From positions 4,896,001-4,960,000 of the forward strand of contig OZ253564.1 of assembly GCA_965262915.1 (NCBI GenBank): a DNA stretch of 64,000 nucleotides, written 5' to 3'. Made by a program: the position numbers and the translations under genes. This stretch comes from Candidatus Spongiisociaceae bacterium. GTDB taxonomy: Bacteria; Actinomycetota; Acidimicrobiia; Spongiisociales; Spongiisociaceae. The notes under the pieces were generated by a model. That model worked only from the letters and a program-made list of their open reading frames with translations, was not told the DNA's origin and searched no databases. The stretch's first letter is position 1. The number at the start of each line of letters is the position of its first letter. Shown here piece by piece: positions 9,922 to 21,615 of this stretch.

Positions 9922-10833
9922 TCAATCGGCGGCGAGGGGCGGGTCCCACTCCAGAGCGCCCAGACGCGCCAGAGCCAGAATCAGCGACTGGGTGCCCTTC
10001 CTCCCGAGCCCCTGGGCCTGGAGCGACACGTACAGTTCGTGGGCCATCGCCAGGCCGGGCACCGGCAGCTTCATCGCCGCGGCCTCGCGCAGCGCGATCC
10101 CCATGTCCTTGACGAAGTGGTCAACGAAGAAACCCGGCTCGAAGTCGCCCGAGAGAATCCTCGGACCGTAGTTGGTCAAGGACCACGACCCGGCAGCGCC
10201 TCCGCTCACCGACTCCATCACCGTGTCGAGGTCGAGGCCGGCCTGCTGGCCGTACAGAAGCGCCTCCGATACCCCGATCATCAAGGTGGCGATCAGGATC
10301 TGGTTCACAGCCTTCGTGTGTTGGCCGGCTCCCGGTCCGCCTTGGCGGACGATGGTCTTTCCCATCGTCTCGAAGATCGGACGGACCCGTTCCACCGCCC
10401 CCTCGTCTCCACCAATCATTATCGATAGGGTGCCGTTACGGGCACCGATGTCTCCCCCACTCACCGGGGCGTCGATGGCTGCCACACCCGCCTCGCCGGC
10501 CTTCTCGGCGATCTCGATAGCCAGAGCCGGCTCGGAAGTCGTCATGTCCACCAGGACATCCCCGGGGGAGGCGCCGGCCGCTAGACCCGAAGAGCCGAGA
10601 AACACCTCCCGGACATCGTCGGGGAAACCGACTATCGCACAGGAGATATCGGAGGCGGCCGCGACCTCGGCGGGGGTGTCCGCCCAGACCGCTCCGCGGT
10701 CGATGAGCCCTTGGGCCTTCGACTTGGTACGGGTGGTCACGGTCACCGGGTATCCGGTGTCGAGAACGTGCCCGCACATGGCCGCGCCCATCACCCCGGT
10801 TCCGACCCATCCGATCCCGGGCTTCCCGGTCAT
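9922..10833 (-). CDS. NAD(P)-dependent beta-hydroxyacid dehydrogenase (2-hydroxy-3-oxopropionate reductase / HIBADH family)
   Basis: [23 protein letters not shown]...HFVKD motifs. Confidence 0.9.
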   Translation of the reverse strand: MTGKPGIGWVGTGVMGAAMCGHVLDTGYPVTVTTRTKSKAQGLIDRGAVWADTPAEVAAASDISCAIVGFPDDVREVFLGSSGLAAGASPGDVLVDMTTSEPALAIEIAEKAGEAGVAAIDAPVSGGDIGARNGTLSIMIGGDEGAVERVRPIFETMGKTIVRQGGPGAGQHTKAVNQILIATLMIGVSEALLYGQQAGLDLDTVMESVSGGAAGSWSLTNYGPRILSGDFEPGFFVDHFVKDMGIALREAAAMKLPVPGLAMAHELYVSLQAQGLGRKGTQSLILALARLGALEWDPPLAAD

Positions 10834-11843
10834 GCCGCCCTCCTTCTGACAACGAGCTTTCCTTGCTGGTCACCGGCCTTCATGCGGGCCAGGGCGGCAG
10901 GTAGATCCTCGAACTCGTACACGCTGTCCACCAACACTGGGAGAGCGCCGTTCGCCACCCAGGTGCTGACCCGCGCGAAGTCATCGTGGTCGAACATAGT
11001 GGAGCCGATGATCTCCTGGTGGCGGAAGAACAGCGGCGGCATGCTGACCTCCACCTTGGTGCCGCTCGTCGAGCCGCACGTGACCACCCGCCCACCGGGT
11101 TTGAGGGACCGCATCGACTGGTTCCAGGTTACCGGCCCCACGTTCTCAAAGACCACATCGGCCTGGCGGCGGGCCGCCGCCCGCAACTCCTTGGAGAACT
11201 GGGCGGTCGATCCGAAGCCTCCCACGGCGCCCAACTCGATGGCGCGGGCGATCTTGGCCGGGCTACGCGAGGTGACGTAGACCTCGGCGCCCATGAGCAG
11301 GCCTATGAGCAGGCCGGCGGAACTGACCCCTCCCCCGACCCCCACGACCAGCAGCAGGTCACCGGCCGAGAGGCGGGCCCGCCGGAGCATGCGGTAGGCG
11401 GTCCCGTATGCCAGCCCGTAGGCCGCTGCCTGCTCCCAGTCGAGGTGAGGCGCCTTGGGCGTTACGTTGGAGGCCGGGACGACCACGTACTCCCCCATCG
11501 TTCCCCAGGAATGCTCGCCCAGCACCCCGAGCTTGCCGCTGAAGGGAATGTGGTTGGTGGTAGGGGCGAAACCGATGCTGGGGTTGACTACCACCTCGTC
11601 GCCCTCCGCCAGACCTTCCACCCCTTCGCCCAGCGCGTCGACTAAGCCTGCGCCGTCGCCGCCGGCTACGTGGGGAAAGTCCTTGGGCGCGGGCAGCCCC
11701 ATTGACATCCACAGGTCCAGGCGGTTGAGGGCCGACATGACCAGCTTCACCCTCACCTCGTCCGGACCGGGCTCCGGCGTGCCGACTTCCGCCAAGGTAT
11801 AGGAGGACGGCCCCCTGGTGTCGTTGAGAATCCATGCATGCAT
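10830..11843 (-). CDS. MDR-family (quinone oxidoreductase-like) dehydrogenase
   Basis: ALNRLD, G.DGAG, GVGGGV, GKLVV; TACGCT 6 nt before ATG 11843; 4-nt overlap with next gene. Confidence 0.88.
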   Translation of the reverse strand: MHAWILNDTRGPSSYTLAEVGTPEPGPDEVRVKLVMSALNRLDLWMSMGLPAPKDFPHVAGGDGAGLVDALGEGVEGLAEGDEVVVNPSIGFAPTTNHIPFSGKLGVLGEHSWGTMGEYVVVPASNVTPKAPHLDWEQAAAYGLAYGTAYRMLRRARLSAGDLLLVVGVGGGVSSAGLLIGLLMGAEVYVTSRSPAKIARAIELGAVGGFGSTAQFSKELRAAARRQADVVFENVGPVTWNQSMRSLKPGGRVVTCGSTSGTKVEVSMPPLFFRHQEIIGSTMFDHDDFARVSTWVANGALPVLVDSVYEFEDLPAALARMKAGDQQGKLVVRRRAA

Positions 11844-11952
11844 GAACTCAGCGTAGCCAGGGGCCGGAGCCCCAGAGTCGGCTGCCAACCAGCTGTCCGA
11901 CCGGTAGTTGTCGGCCTCGATCCGGCTAATTTGGCACCACCGGAGGATCACT

Positions 11953-12345
11953 GTGCTCTACCACCGCTCGACCATCGATGTCCGTTTCTACGAACTCGAC
12001 CCCTACAACCACCTCAACCACACCGTCTACCTGGCTTATTGCGAAACCGCCCGCATCGAGGCGATGGATCGACGAGGGATCGGCATGTCCGAACTGGACG
12101 AGCGCGGGTTCCGCATCCTCTTGGTCGACCTCGTTGCCAAGTTCATCGCACCGGCCGTGGCCGGAGACCGGCTCGACGTGGCAACCGAGGTAGTGGCAAT
12201 CCGCCGGGCCGGTCACGACTGGCACCAGCGGATCGAGCGGGACGGAAGAGTGCTCTTCACCGCCCAGATACGGGCGGCAATGACCGACCGTGCGGGCCGT
12301 CCGGTCCGTGTTCCGGACTTCGTCCGGTTGGCTCTCTCGCGATGA
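11953..12345 (+). CDS. Acyl-CoA thioesterase (YbgC/4HBT family)
   Basis: VRFYELDPYNHLNH..Y..Y.E.AR motif; GGAGG RBS before GTG 11953. Confidence 0.88.
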   Translation: MLYHRSTIDVRFYELDPYNHLNHTVYLAYCETARIEAMDRRGIGMSELDERGFRILLVDLVAKFIAPAVAGDRLDVATEVVAIRRAGHDWHQRIERDGRVLFTAQIRAAMTDRAGRPVRVPDFVRLALSR

Positions 12346-12507
12346 TCATCTGCGTCGAGAGGAGCAGCCTCGGTCCGTGATGACCTCCGCCTGCCGGGTG
12401 ATGCCCGGTGCGGGTCGGCGGCGATCTCCGCCCCGTTCGAGTCGTGCTCACCCCTCCCGACCAACACGCTTGAAGCAATCAACCGGCAACCGGCCGTTGG
12501 TACGGGC

Positions 12508-13302
12508 TCAGGCCCAGCCGAAGTGGTCGATCGGCCCTTCGCCCCGGCCCAGCCGCCATCCGGCTCCGCCCGCGATCGCCCGGGCTACCCAGGCTTTGGC
12601 CTCGCCGACCGCTACCAGGATGCCCGCACCCCCGGCCAAGCGAGCCGCTATGGATGCCGACAGGGCATCGCCGGTTCCATGCACGTTGCGGGACCGCACC
12701 CAGCGGCCCGGGAGCGAGTGGGTCTCGATCCCGTTCGAGAGGACGTCGACCGGTCGCTGCCCTTCGATGCGGCCTCCGGTGACCAGGATCGGGGTCCCGG
12801 TGGAACGGGCCAGGTCCCGAGCCACAGATTGCTGCTGGATCTCGCTGCGGACCGGCCGCCCAGCAAGCAGGGCGGCCTCGCGATGGTTGGGAGTGGCCAG
12901 GGTCGCGGCGGGTATCAGCTCCTCCCGGTAGGCGTCGATCGTCGCCTCGTCGACCAGGACATTCCCGTTCCGGTCTACCAGGACCGGATCCACCACCAGG
13001 TTCGGGAGCCTACGGGCGTGGTCGGCGACAAGCCGGACGACCTCCACCGAACCGAGCAGACCGGTCTTGACGGCATCCGGGGGGAGGTCTGCCAGCAAGG
13101 CCTTCATCTGGGCTGCAATCAGTCCGATCGCCATGGGTTCGGCTGCCTTCACACCTCTGGTGTTCTGGGCAGTGACCGTGGTAATCACGGTGGTGGCGAA
13201 GACGCCATGGGCCGAGAGCGTCTTGAGATCGGCCTGTACACCGGCGCCGGCGCCCGAGTCGCTGCCGCCGATCGCCATCACGATGGTCGGGGTGGCTGTC
13301 AT
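12508..13302 (-). CDS. thiD: Hydroxymethylpyrimidine/phosphomethylpyrimidine kinase
   Basis: IGGSDSGAGAGVQADLKT, TAQNT.GV, VVDPV, TPN..EA, HGTG motifs. Confidence 0.93.
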   Translation of the reverse strand: MTATPTIVMAIGGSDSGAGAGVQADLKTLSAHGVFATTVITTVTAQNTRGVKAAEPMAIGLIAAQMKALLADLPPDAVKTGLLGSVEVVRLVADHARRLPNLVVDPVLVDRNGNVLVDEATIDAYREELIPAATLATPNHREAALLAGRPVRSEIQQQSVARDLARSTGTPILVTGGRIEGQRPVDVLSNGIETHSLPGRWVRSRNVHGTGDALSASIAARLAGGAGILVAVGEAKAWVARAIAGGAGWRLGRGEGPIDHFGWA

Positions 13303-14087
13303 ATCCTCCATCTGACCATGGCTTCGTGGGGCACCCGGCGCTCGCAACCGGACCGCTGCACGACGCCGATCTCGTCGGTCTCAACGGTGGTGTTGGTACA
13401 CCCGCCGGCTCGGTAGGCCTGATAAGTCACTCGGCCTTTGTCCACCCGGAGGACGGCGCCGTCCAGGCTGACCGCGCTCGGCTCGCTCCACCGTACTTCG
13501 ATGGGCGGGTCGTCGCACCTGGTGAACAGCTCGGACCACACCACCGGGGCGCGCAGGTGGTCACCGTCGCAGATCAGTTCCCTCACCACTACGTCCTCTC
13601 CGGTGTCCAGACCTTCGATCCTGGCCGGCCAGTGGGCCCAATCCCTGACACCCGGCAGCCGCGGTCCGATGGTGAGGCGATACCTCGCTCGGGGTGCCCA
13701 GGCGAAGTCCCTGGTGTTCGGATCATGGGGAGTGGACAGCAGGTGCGATGGCGTGCCGGAGAGGACGGACCCGCTCCGGTCGTATCCGCCCCAGTTCACC
13801 GCCCCGTTCCCGGGATGGCGGGGATTCCACTGGATCCCGGCGTGAGCGCCACCCTCGTGGCCTGCTCCCGACCAGAAGGAAGCCTGGATGGCGAAGAACG
13901 CCAAGCGACTCACCTCCGGTGGTGTCACCACCTCCAGCACCACCGACACGGAGGCGAGAGGAACATCGGGTACATCCCACCAGATGTGGAAGGAGGAAGC
14001 ACCGTTGGGGGACGTTGGCAGACCGCGGTCCCTGATCGGACCGGCTTCCACCGGCTCGGGATGAGCTCCAAAGCCTTCGTCACCCAT
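13299..14087 (-). CDS. Hypothetical protein (Trp-rich, probably beta-rich), translationally coupled to thiD
   Basis: Coding-like ORF; stop overlaps thiD start (ATGA). Confidence 0.65.
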   Translation of the reverse strand: MGDEGFGAHPEPVEAGPIRDRGLPTSPNGASSFHIWWDVPDVPLASVSVVLEVVTPPEVSRLAFFAIQASFWSGAGHEGGAHAGIQWNPRHPGNGAVNWGGYDRSGSVLSGTPSHLLSTPHDPNTRDFAWAPRARYRLTIGPRLPGVRDWAHWPARIEGLDTGEDVVVRELICDGDHLRAPVVWSELFTRCDDPPIEVRWSEPSAVSLDGAVLRVDKGRVTYQAYRAGGCTNTTVETDEIGVVQRSGCERRVPHEAMVRWRI

Positions 14088-14205
14088 CGCTGCTCTCACC
14101 GGCGGGGCGCATCGTCTGTGCTCTCAGGAACGGGGAGGACCCGGACCGACCACCGGGTGGCCGTCTTCACGGAGCGGCCGGTAGCAAGATAACGCTCCGC
14201 CAGGA

Positions 14206-14660
14206 TCACCCCCATCGATGCCGCCACCTCGTACAACGATGTCTCGACCGCCGGGCGATCCCTGTCATGTCGTGCTGACGGAGGGCTGCGGATATACCGG
14301 GTGTGAGGTTGGCCCCCGAGTGGACGTCGACAGCCGCATAACCGGCTCTGACCGGGGGACAGTCCAGGCGACCGGTCGCCGCCATGAGGCCCAACTCGCC
14401 CTGCATGACAACGTCGTAGCCTCCGTCGTTGCCCCTCGGTCCTTCTCGGCCATGACCCGATAGCGCCGCGATACGATCCTCGCCGAGATATCCCGGATGT
14501 CCTCCTTTCCGAGCCCCAGGCGCTCTACGGTGCCGGGCTTGGAGTTGTGAACGAACACGTCGGCGGTTCGCAGCAGATCCACCATGATCTCCCGGCCTTC
14601 GGCCCGTTTGACGTCGAGCACGATGGGCATCTTCCCCTTGCCCAGCGCGAGGACGAGACC
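14206..14660 (-). pseudogene. CaiB/BaiF CoA-transferase remnant
   Basis: LDVK..EGR...DL.RTADVFVHN.KPGT.ERLGLG in one frame, MQGELGLMAATG...PPVR.G...VD..SG in another. Confidence 0.75.
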
Positions 14661-14928
14661 GACTGGTCGTCGAGGAAGTCGGGGCCCTGCCTGCGGTATG
14701 TGTCGCACTCCGGTCACATCCATACCCTCATCTGGCACCGCCGGAGCTACGGGTCGCCGGCAGTTGCCGATCCGTCAATGGCGGTCGATCAACTCCACCG
14801 AAGAGGCTTCCAGGGTGCGTACCGCCCTGGTCCGGCTGGGCCGGCTACCAACCGCCGCTCTGCTCACCAGACCCGATGACACGGTGCCCGAACCTCCACC
14901 CGGCCAGGGCAACGTGGATGCCCCGTCG

Positions 14929-15153
14929 CTAGGCTGACCTGGCCTTTCGCTCCTGGCGAGCTTTCTCCGTGGCCCATTCTGCGTACCTGCGACCGAACTC
15001 CCGCGGGTCGTCGCCGCCGCGGTACTCCGGTCCGTCCTCAGGGTTGTGGGGGAGCAACGCATCGTTCATCTTCTTGATCAGACGAGTGATGTAATCATTG
15101 TCGATGACTACGGGTGGTGTCTCCATGACATCCTTCCTGACCACGCTGATCAC
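14929..15153 (-). CDS. Small hypothetical protein coupled to the upstream remnant
   Basis: 74-aa ORF with ATGA overlap at 15150-15153; AGGAAGG RBS before alternative ATG (METPP). Confidence 0.5.
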   Translation of the reverse strand: MISVVRKDVMETPPVVIDNDYITRLIKKMNDALLPHNPEDGPEYRGGDDPREFGRRYAEWATEKARQERKARSA

Positions 15154-15300
15154 CCTAACCGGTTTCGCTCGAAGTAGCGGAAGTTCAGCGACGGGTCGAA
15201 GTAGTGTTTGCGTTTGATCCAGACGAGTCCGTCACCCTTGGAGATGACGGCGACGTCTATCGGCCCTCCGACAGTTTCCGACCCTGGCGTGACACACTGC
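15150..15300 (-). pseudogene. C-terminal remnant of a proteasome-beta/Ntn-hydrolase-like hypothetical protein
   Basis: ETVGGPIDVAVISKGDGLVWIKRKHYF matches a recognisable conserved C-terminal motif; upstream part missing. Confidence 0.55.
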
Positions 15301-15556
15301 CACAGCGAGGTCAGACACCCGTGTCCCCGCCCGGAGTGTTGGATCCGGGATGGAGGAGTCTCAAGTCTCAACCCTGACGTCTCTCACCCTTGACGTCCAG
15401 GCCGGTGGCCACCACTTGCACTTTCGGCTCCGTGATCACTCGCAGGGCCTGCCCGCTACGTGCCGCCCATGCGAGCTAGGTATCCTGAACGCGGCTCGGC
15501 ATCGGCGCTCGCGATCCGGGCAGAGCACGCGCAAACGCTTGAATGGGGAGCATCCC

Positions 15557-16459
15557 ATGATTATTGACACTCACGTCTGGCTGTCGGAGCCGGAGAGTTG
15601 GGGCGACCTGACCATGATGGACGACGCGATGATCGCTGCTGGTTGGACCGAGATCGGTGAGAAGACGGGCCTGAACCAGGGTATGAGCGGCGAAGAGATG
15701 GTCGCCCGTATGGACGAAGCAGGCGTCGACATAGCTATTAGTCACGCGATCAAGATGCCTCATCTGAACGCCCACGTGCCGTCCGAGTTCGTGGCGGGTG
15801 AGGTGGCCAAGTTCCCCGATCGGCTGATCGGCATGGGCAGCGTCGACCTCCTCGGCGGCCTCCCCGCGCTGCGGGAGATGGAAGAGATCACAGATATGGG
15901 TCTCATCGGCATGAAGATCACACCGGCGCCTGACTACGACATGGACCTCAACGACGAGCGGATCATGCCCATCTACGAGAAGGCCGAGGAGCTTGGGATG
16001 ATCATCCAGGTCCACACCGGGTGGGCCGGATACGGGTTGTTGAGCCAGCAGCATCCCCTGCATCTGGACGAGGTTTCGGTTCGGTTCCCCGACTTGAAGC
16101 TGATCGTGGTCCACGCCGGATTCAACTACTACGAAGAAGTCGTGATGATGATGCTAAAGAACCGCAACATGTACGCCGGGACCGGCTGGTGGGGGTTCCT
16201 CCAACCGTTGGAGACCAACGTGCGGTTCTTGAAGTACGCCAAACACTTCAAGGTCCTCGACAAGTGTCTCTGGGGCACCGACAACTACGACTGCCGCGAA
16301 GACGTCCCTTACATCAAGTCCTTCCCCCGCCTCGCCAAGGAGCTCAACATCGCTCCCGGCCTCCCCGACCTCACCGGCGACGACATCGACGCCTACCTCG
16401 GCAACAACGCAGCCCGCCTCCTCCAACTCGGCGGCTCCGATAAGGATCAGCAGAACTGA
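15557..16459 (+). CDS. Amidohydrolase_2 family protein
   Basis: MIIDTHVW, ...PIYEKAEELG...VHTG, FP.LK.IVVHAG, WGTD motifs; GGGGAG RBS. Confidence 0.88.
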   Translation: MIIDTHVWLSEPESWGDLTMMDDAMIAAGWTEIGEKTGLNQGMSGEEMVARMDEAGVDIAISHAIKMPHLNAHVPSEFVAGEVAKFPDRLIGMGSVDLLGGLPALREMEEITDMGLIGMKITPAPDYDMDLNDERIMPIYEKAEELGMIIQVHTGWAGYGLLSQQHPLHLDEVSVRFPDLKLIVVHAGFNYYEEVVMMMLKNRNMYAGTGWWGFLQPLETNVRFLKYAKHFKVLDKCLWGTDNYDCREDVPYIKSFPRLAKELNIAPGLPDLTGDDIDAYLGNNAARLLQLGGSDKDQQN

Positions 16460-16475
16460 GGGAAGCTGGTAGCTC

Positions 16476-17528
16476 ATGGCCACCGTGCGTACCGTCCTCG
16501 GCGATATTTCACCGGATGACCTCGGCATCACATTGAGCCACGAGCACCTGCTGCTCGACACGTCGCATCTGTTCTGGAACGAGCCTTCCGCAAGCGATCC
16601 TCCCGAGATCCACACTCTGGCAGCGGCCCCGGTGACCCCGGAGAGTTCCGACGACTTGGCCGCCCGCCCGTATCTCTCGAAGGACAACCTGCGGATGACC
16701 GAGCGCGATGTTGCGATCCGGGAGCTGTTGTTGTACAGGGATGCCGGGGGGAAGAGCTTTGTCGATGTCAGCGGCCGGATCCCCGGCTGGCACCCCGATG
16801 ACCTCGTCGTCGCCAGCGAAGCCACCGGAGTCAACATCGTCGCCTCCACCGGCTGGTATATCTCACCTGCCCACCCGCCAAGCCACGCCGAGGCCAGTGT
16901 GGACGAGCTGGCGGAGATGCTGGTCAAACACATCGAGGTGGGTATCGAAGGCACCGATGTGCGCGCCGGGGTGATCGGCGAGCTCGGCATGACCGAGCCG
17001 CTCCACCCCCTAGAAGAGAAAGTGCTCCGCGCCGGAGGCCGCGCCCAAGCACGAACCGGCGTTCCCTTGACCGTGCATCCCATGGTGTTCAAAAAAGAGG
17101 CCCACCAATACATCGACATCCTCGAGGCGGAAGGCGCCAACCTCGACAAGGTCTACATCAGCCACATGGACGGCAGCTGCCCCGACTACGAGTACCACGA
17201 GTCCGTGATGGACCGGGGCGTCTCCATCGACTACGACCTCTTCGGAGACACATCGTGGAACGACGCGCACCTCCTTTTCGGAGGCGACCACTGGGTCTCG
17301 GACCACGAACGCGTCGAAACGCTGGCCCGCCTCTGCGCCGACGGCTACAGCCGGCAAATTATGCTCGCCCAGGATCGGTGTTTGAAAACGCACTGGGTCG
17401 CCTACGGCGGCAAAGGCTACGCGTATGTTCTCACCGAGATCGTTCCCCAACTCCTCGACGCCGGTGTCACCCAAGACCAGATCGACGACATGCTCATCGA
17501 AAACCCGAAACGAATCCTCGCCGTCTGA
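16476..17528 (+). CDS. Phosphotriesterase-related protein (PHP/PTE family)
   Basis: RTVLG.I....LGITL.HEHL, TG.NIVASTG.Y, AGVIGE.G, SHMD, ENPKR motifs. Confidence 0.92.
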   Translation: MATVRTVLGDISPDDLGITLSHEHLLLDTSHLFWNEPSASDPPEIHTLAAAPVTPESSDDLAARPYLSKDNLRMTERDVAIRELLLYRDAGGKSFVDVSGRIPGWHPDDLVVASEATGVNIVASTGWYISPAHPPSHAEASVDELAEMLVKHIEVGIEGTDVRAGVIGELGMTEPLHPLEEKVLRAGGRAQARTGVPLTVHPMVFKKEAHQYIDILEAEGANLDKVYISHMDGSCPDYEYHESVMDRGVSIDYDLFGDTSWNDAHLLFGGDHWVSDHERVETLARLCADGYSRQIMLAQDRCLKTHWVAYGGKGYAYVLTEIVPQLLDAGVTQDQIDDMLIENPKRILAV

Positions 17529-17569
17529 GGCCGTGCCGCAAGCGCGGACAACACCGAATCGGATTCTGA

Positions 17570-19624
17570 CTACACCAGCTGCCTGGCGAATTCATGGTTC
17601 CATGACCGCTCGAATACGGGTCGCCCAGTTTCGTAAGCTATTGCACTGTTCGATACGAAGAACCGCTCTGAACTAGACCACATTCTGCCGTTGACCTCGA
17701 GCCGCGTTTGCCACTCGTTTCGCCCGATCTCGATTTCCCATTCTGTCTGGGCCTGCGCGGACAACGGATCATAAGTGGCGATACTGAACGTGTTTCTTTG
17801 GATGCCACCAAACTCCAGTCCACCTGCATGAAGTCTCTTCTTGTCGAAATCCTCCACGTACACCGTCGTCACCAAGCCTCTGCCGACGTCCCGACACGTT
17901 TCTCGGCCTTGCGGTCCTCTCCGCAACACCTGCGTAGCGACCGGTTCGGCCCACTCCGCTTCCAGAAAAGCAACGATTTCCTCACGGTTGTTCCACGACC
18001 TGAGCGGTACGTCGAGATGGCAATCCTTCGTCTTCACCGTCAAAGTGGCCATCTTCGGCGACGGCCAAAGCCATGGCCAATACGTCGGCGATATTGCCAA
18101 GCGCAGTCGGTGACCGGGTGGAACCGCATACCCAATCGCGTTCAGAGCTATCTCCACAGTCGTGAACTCATCCGAAACCAGTGGGGCGGGCACGTGATAT
18201 CCATGCCGGTGTGTGAGGTTAAGCGCACCACGCGTGATCAGGGTCGAAGCTCCGGTATCCGATACGCTGCAAAGCCGGGCCATTACCAATGCGTTGGGTT
18301 GGTCGGCCGCGAGGCGTAGCCGGACGACTGGAAACCCAACAATCTCGAGTCGTTCCCCTAGAGGTCCGGTTGTAAAGCAGAGCGATGCTCCGTCTTCTAG
18401 GCGCTGGTCGGGTGGAAGGTCTGCCAGATTCCTGTAGGCACACCACGCTCCGGCGTCCTGTCCACAGAGCAAGGTGCCACCAAACCCGACGTCCATCGGC
18501 GCTCCCCGACCGACGTCAAGACGATCACGATCAAAGTAGAAACGCTGCGACCTCGCCGTCGCGGGCGGCCAACTCGTCTCGCTTACCCACCGCCCAGCAC
18601 GCTGGGGGCCGTCGCGCCCGTCGGGGTCCCATGCGTACCATTCGCCCTCGGAAGGCGTTGGCTCAAACGACTCTTGAAGCCAAAGCTGAAGCATCGGCTC
18701 CGCCATTATCCCCGTCTCCATCCCTTTGAGCCAGTAGTCCCACCATCGCAGCGCCTCCTGCAAGAACCCAATGGCAGGTCCCGGAACACCTTCCTCCGGG
18801 AACCGATGCATCCAAGGTCCGATCAGGCCCTTTCTAGGTCCCGGATAATTCTCGAGGACGCGCAGTATCGAGCTGTGATAAGGGTCCGCCCAGCCACCCA
18901 CCATGTAAACGGGACAGTCGATAGCTCGATAATCCTCGCAGACGGAGCCTTACTTCCAGTAATCGTCACGCCACTGGTGCGAGAGCCAATGTGTGGTCCA
19001 CGGCTGATTCTCTTCTAGCCGCCGCCTCCACATCTGTCGCCATCGATCTCTTACGACACGAGGATCTGGCGGTCGAGCATTGAAGGCAAGCATGCTTGTG
19101 GACCACCACAACATGTCCGATGCGAGGACGCAACCGCCCATGTAATGGACGTCGTCGGCGTAACGATCATCTGTCGAACACACACTGATGATGGCCTTTA
19201 GCGCGGGAGGTCTCAACGCTGCTACCTGGAGACTGTTGAAACCACCCCAGGAGATGCCGAACATCCCGACACTGCCCGAGCACCAAGGTTGCTTCGCGAG
19301 CTAATCGATTACTTCTGTGGCATCCGCCTGTTCCTGGGGGAGGTATTCGTCCTCGAGAATGCCGTCGGAATTACCGCTCCCTCTCATGTCTACGCGTACT
19401 GCTGCGTAGCCATGGCCGGCAAGGTAGGGGTGACGGATCGAGTCCATCTCAATCGTCCAGTCATCCTTCCGATACGGAAGGTATTCCAAGATGGCAGGAA
19501 CCGGAACCGTGGCAGCACTGGTCGGTAGCCAAATCGTCGCACTCACGCGAATCCCGTCAGACAGCGGTATCCATACATCCTTGAGAACCCGTACCTCGTG
19601 CGGGAATTGCTTTAGGATTCTCAC
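17570..19624 (-). pseudogene. CocE/NonD family hydrolase with two in-frame stops
   Basis: Three ORF pieces in one frame; TAG at 19301-19303 (EVID*LAKQPW) and TAA at 18950-18952 (YWK*GSVCED); GISWGG nucleophile motif. Confidence 0.88.
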
Positions 19625-19781
19625 CCAGCTCCTTTCGTCCAGGCTTAGGTCGTCGGCCCTGCAGCTACAGCGCAGCGTTAACAACCTATGCAAGCGCGGA
19701 TGGCACCAAGCCTATCGACGCGTGGCCCGCGACGTTGACCTAGTGCCGCTGCCTCGCTGTATTGCTTCGCTGATTCCGGTG

Positions 19782-21615
19782 TCATGGCTCTGCCCCACCG
19801 ACCAGGCCGGCTGGGCCGCCGGTTCGCATCGCCGTGCCGTTCGGGTCGTAGGGTGAGGGGGCGATTACCCGCACACGGCGTTGGACCCCGACGATGTGGG
19901 TTGTGAGTTCGGTTCCTTCTGCGGTGTGTTCCCGGTCGATGAGGGCCATGGCGAGGCTCTTGCCGGTGGTATGGCCGTAGTCGCCCGAGGTGATGTAGCC
20001 GACCCTTCGGTCGCCGTTCCACACTGGCTCGTACCCGGTGGCGTCCGCATCGGTGGCTTCCACTTCGAGGGTGACCAGCCTCCTTGTGGCGCTGTCGTTG
20101 TCCCGCTCCTTGCGGGCCGCCCCGGAGCCGATGAAGTCGTCCTTGGACCAGTCGATCCATCGGTCCATTCCGGTCATGGCCGGGGTGTACTCCTGGCGGA
20201 ACTCGGTCGACCAGACGCCGAAGCTCTTCTCGATCCGGAGCGAGAGCAGCGCGTTGTAGCCGTACTCGATCGCATCGAGACCGTCGGCGGCCTCGAGAAG
20301 GAGGCGGCGCAGGGCGATGTGCTCGGCGGCCGAGCAGTGGATCTCGTATCCGAGCTCTCCGGTGACCGAGATCCGACCCACCCGGGCGCGGATCATGCCG
20401 ACGTCGAGCTCACGACACCTCATGAAACGCATCCCCTCCGCCGAGACGTCATCCGACGTGACCCGTTGCAACAGCTCACGAGAACTCGGCCCCGAAAGCG
20501 AAAAGCCAACGACTGCATCGGAGATGTCACGCACCGTCACCCCGCCGCTGAGGTGGTCGTTGAACCAGCGCATGTGCCAGGCCCGCAGGTAATACGAGCC
20601 CACGATCCACCACGTGCCATCCCCCCAGTTGAACAACGTCAAGTCTCCTTTGAGCCGGCCGTCGTGGCCCAACATCGGGGCAAGCTTGATCCGCCCCGGT
20701 GCGGGCAACGCGCTGGCAAAGAGCCGATCGAGCCACGCCGCGGCGTCGGGACCGGTGACCTCGTACCGGGAGAACCCGGCAATATCGAGGATCCCCACAC
20801 CGGAACGCACCTGGCGGCACTCTTCGCCGACGATGTCAAACGCGTTGGAGCGGCGCAACGTCGGCACCTCCACGAAGCCCTCGGGGGCGAAGTAGATCGA
20901 GACCTCGAGACCATACGAGCACCCCCACTGCGCCCCCGCCGCGGTCATCGCATCGTACGCCGGGGCCATCCGCAGCGGCCGGCCCGCCCACAACTGCTCG
21001 TTCGGGTAGGTGATCACAAACCGACGCGAATAGAACTGCCCGGTCATCTGGCGGATGTACTCACGGTTCTGGGCGAAGGACCCGAAACCGGCCACGTCCA
21101 TCGCAAAGATGTCCTCCTCCGGCTCCCCCTCGATCATCCACTCCGCCATCGACTTGCCCACGCCGCCACCCTGGAGGAAACCGGCCATCACCGCACACGC
21201 CGACCAGTAGTTGCGCAACCCAGGCACCGGACCCACCAGCGGGTTGCCGTCCGGTGAGAACGTGAACGCCCCGTTCACCCAGCGGCTGATACCGGTGTGC
21301 TCGAGGACCGGGTAGCGGGACATCGCAAACGACAGCTCACTCGAGATCCGATCCACGTCCGGTGGGATCAACTCCAGGCCGTAATCCCACGGCGCACCAT
21401 CCATGTTCCAATGCCGGTAATCGCGCTCATAGACCCCGACCAACACCCCCTGGAGCTCCTGACGCATATAGGTATACCCCTCCAAGTCGATCATCATCGG
21501 CACCTCGAAGTCGAGCGCCGCGATCTCGGGGATCGTCTCGGTAACCAAATAGTGATGCTGCATCGGCGAGACAGCAAGCTCCACCCCCGCCATCCGTCCC
21601 ACCTGCTTGGCGGTC
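19782..21615 (-). pseudogene. GcvT-family (dimethylglycine/sarcosine dehydrogenase-like) oxidoreductase, 5'-truncated
   Basis: NGAFTFSPDGNPLVGP, R.SVTGELGYE, SLRIEK; N-terminal GxGxxG FAD-binding part absent. Confidence 0.85.

Noticed and set aside
13300-14200. TPP riboswitch upstream of the thiD operon
   Set aside because: No recognisable CTGAGA...ACCTG core in the upstream region.
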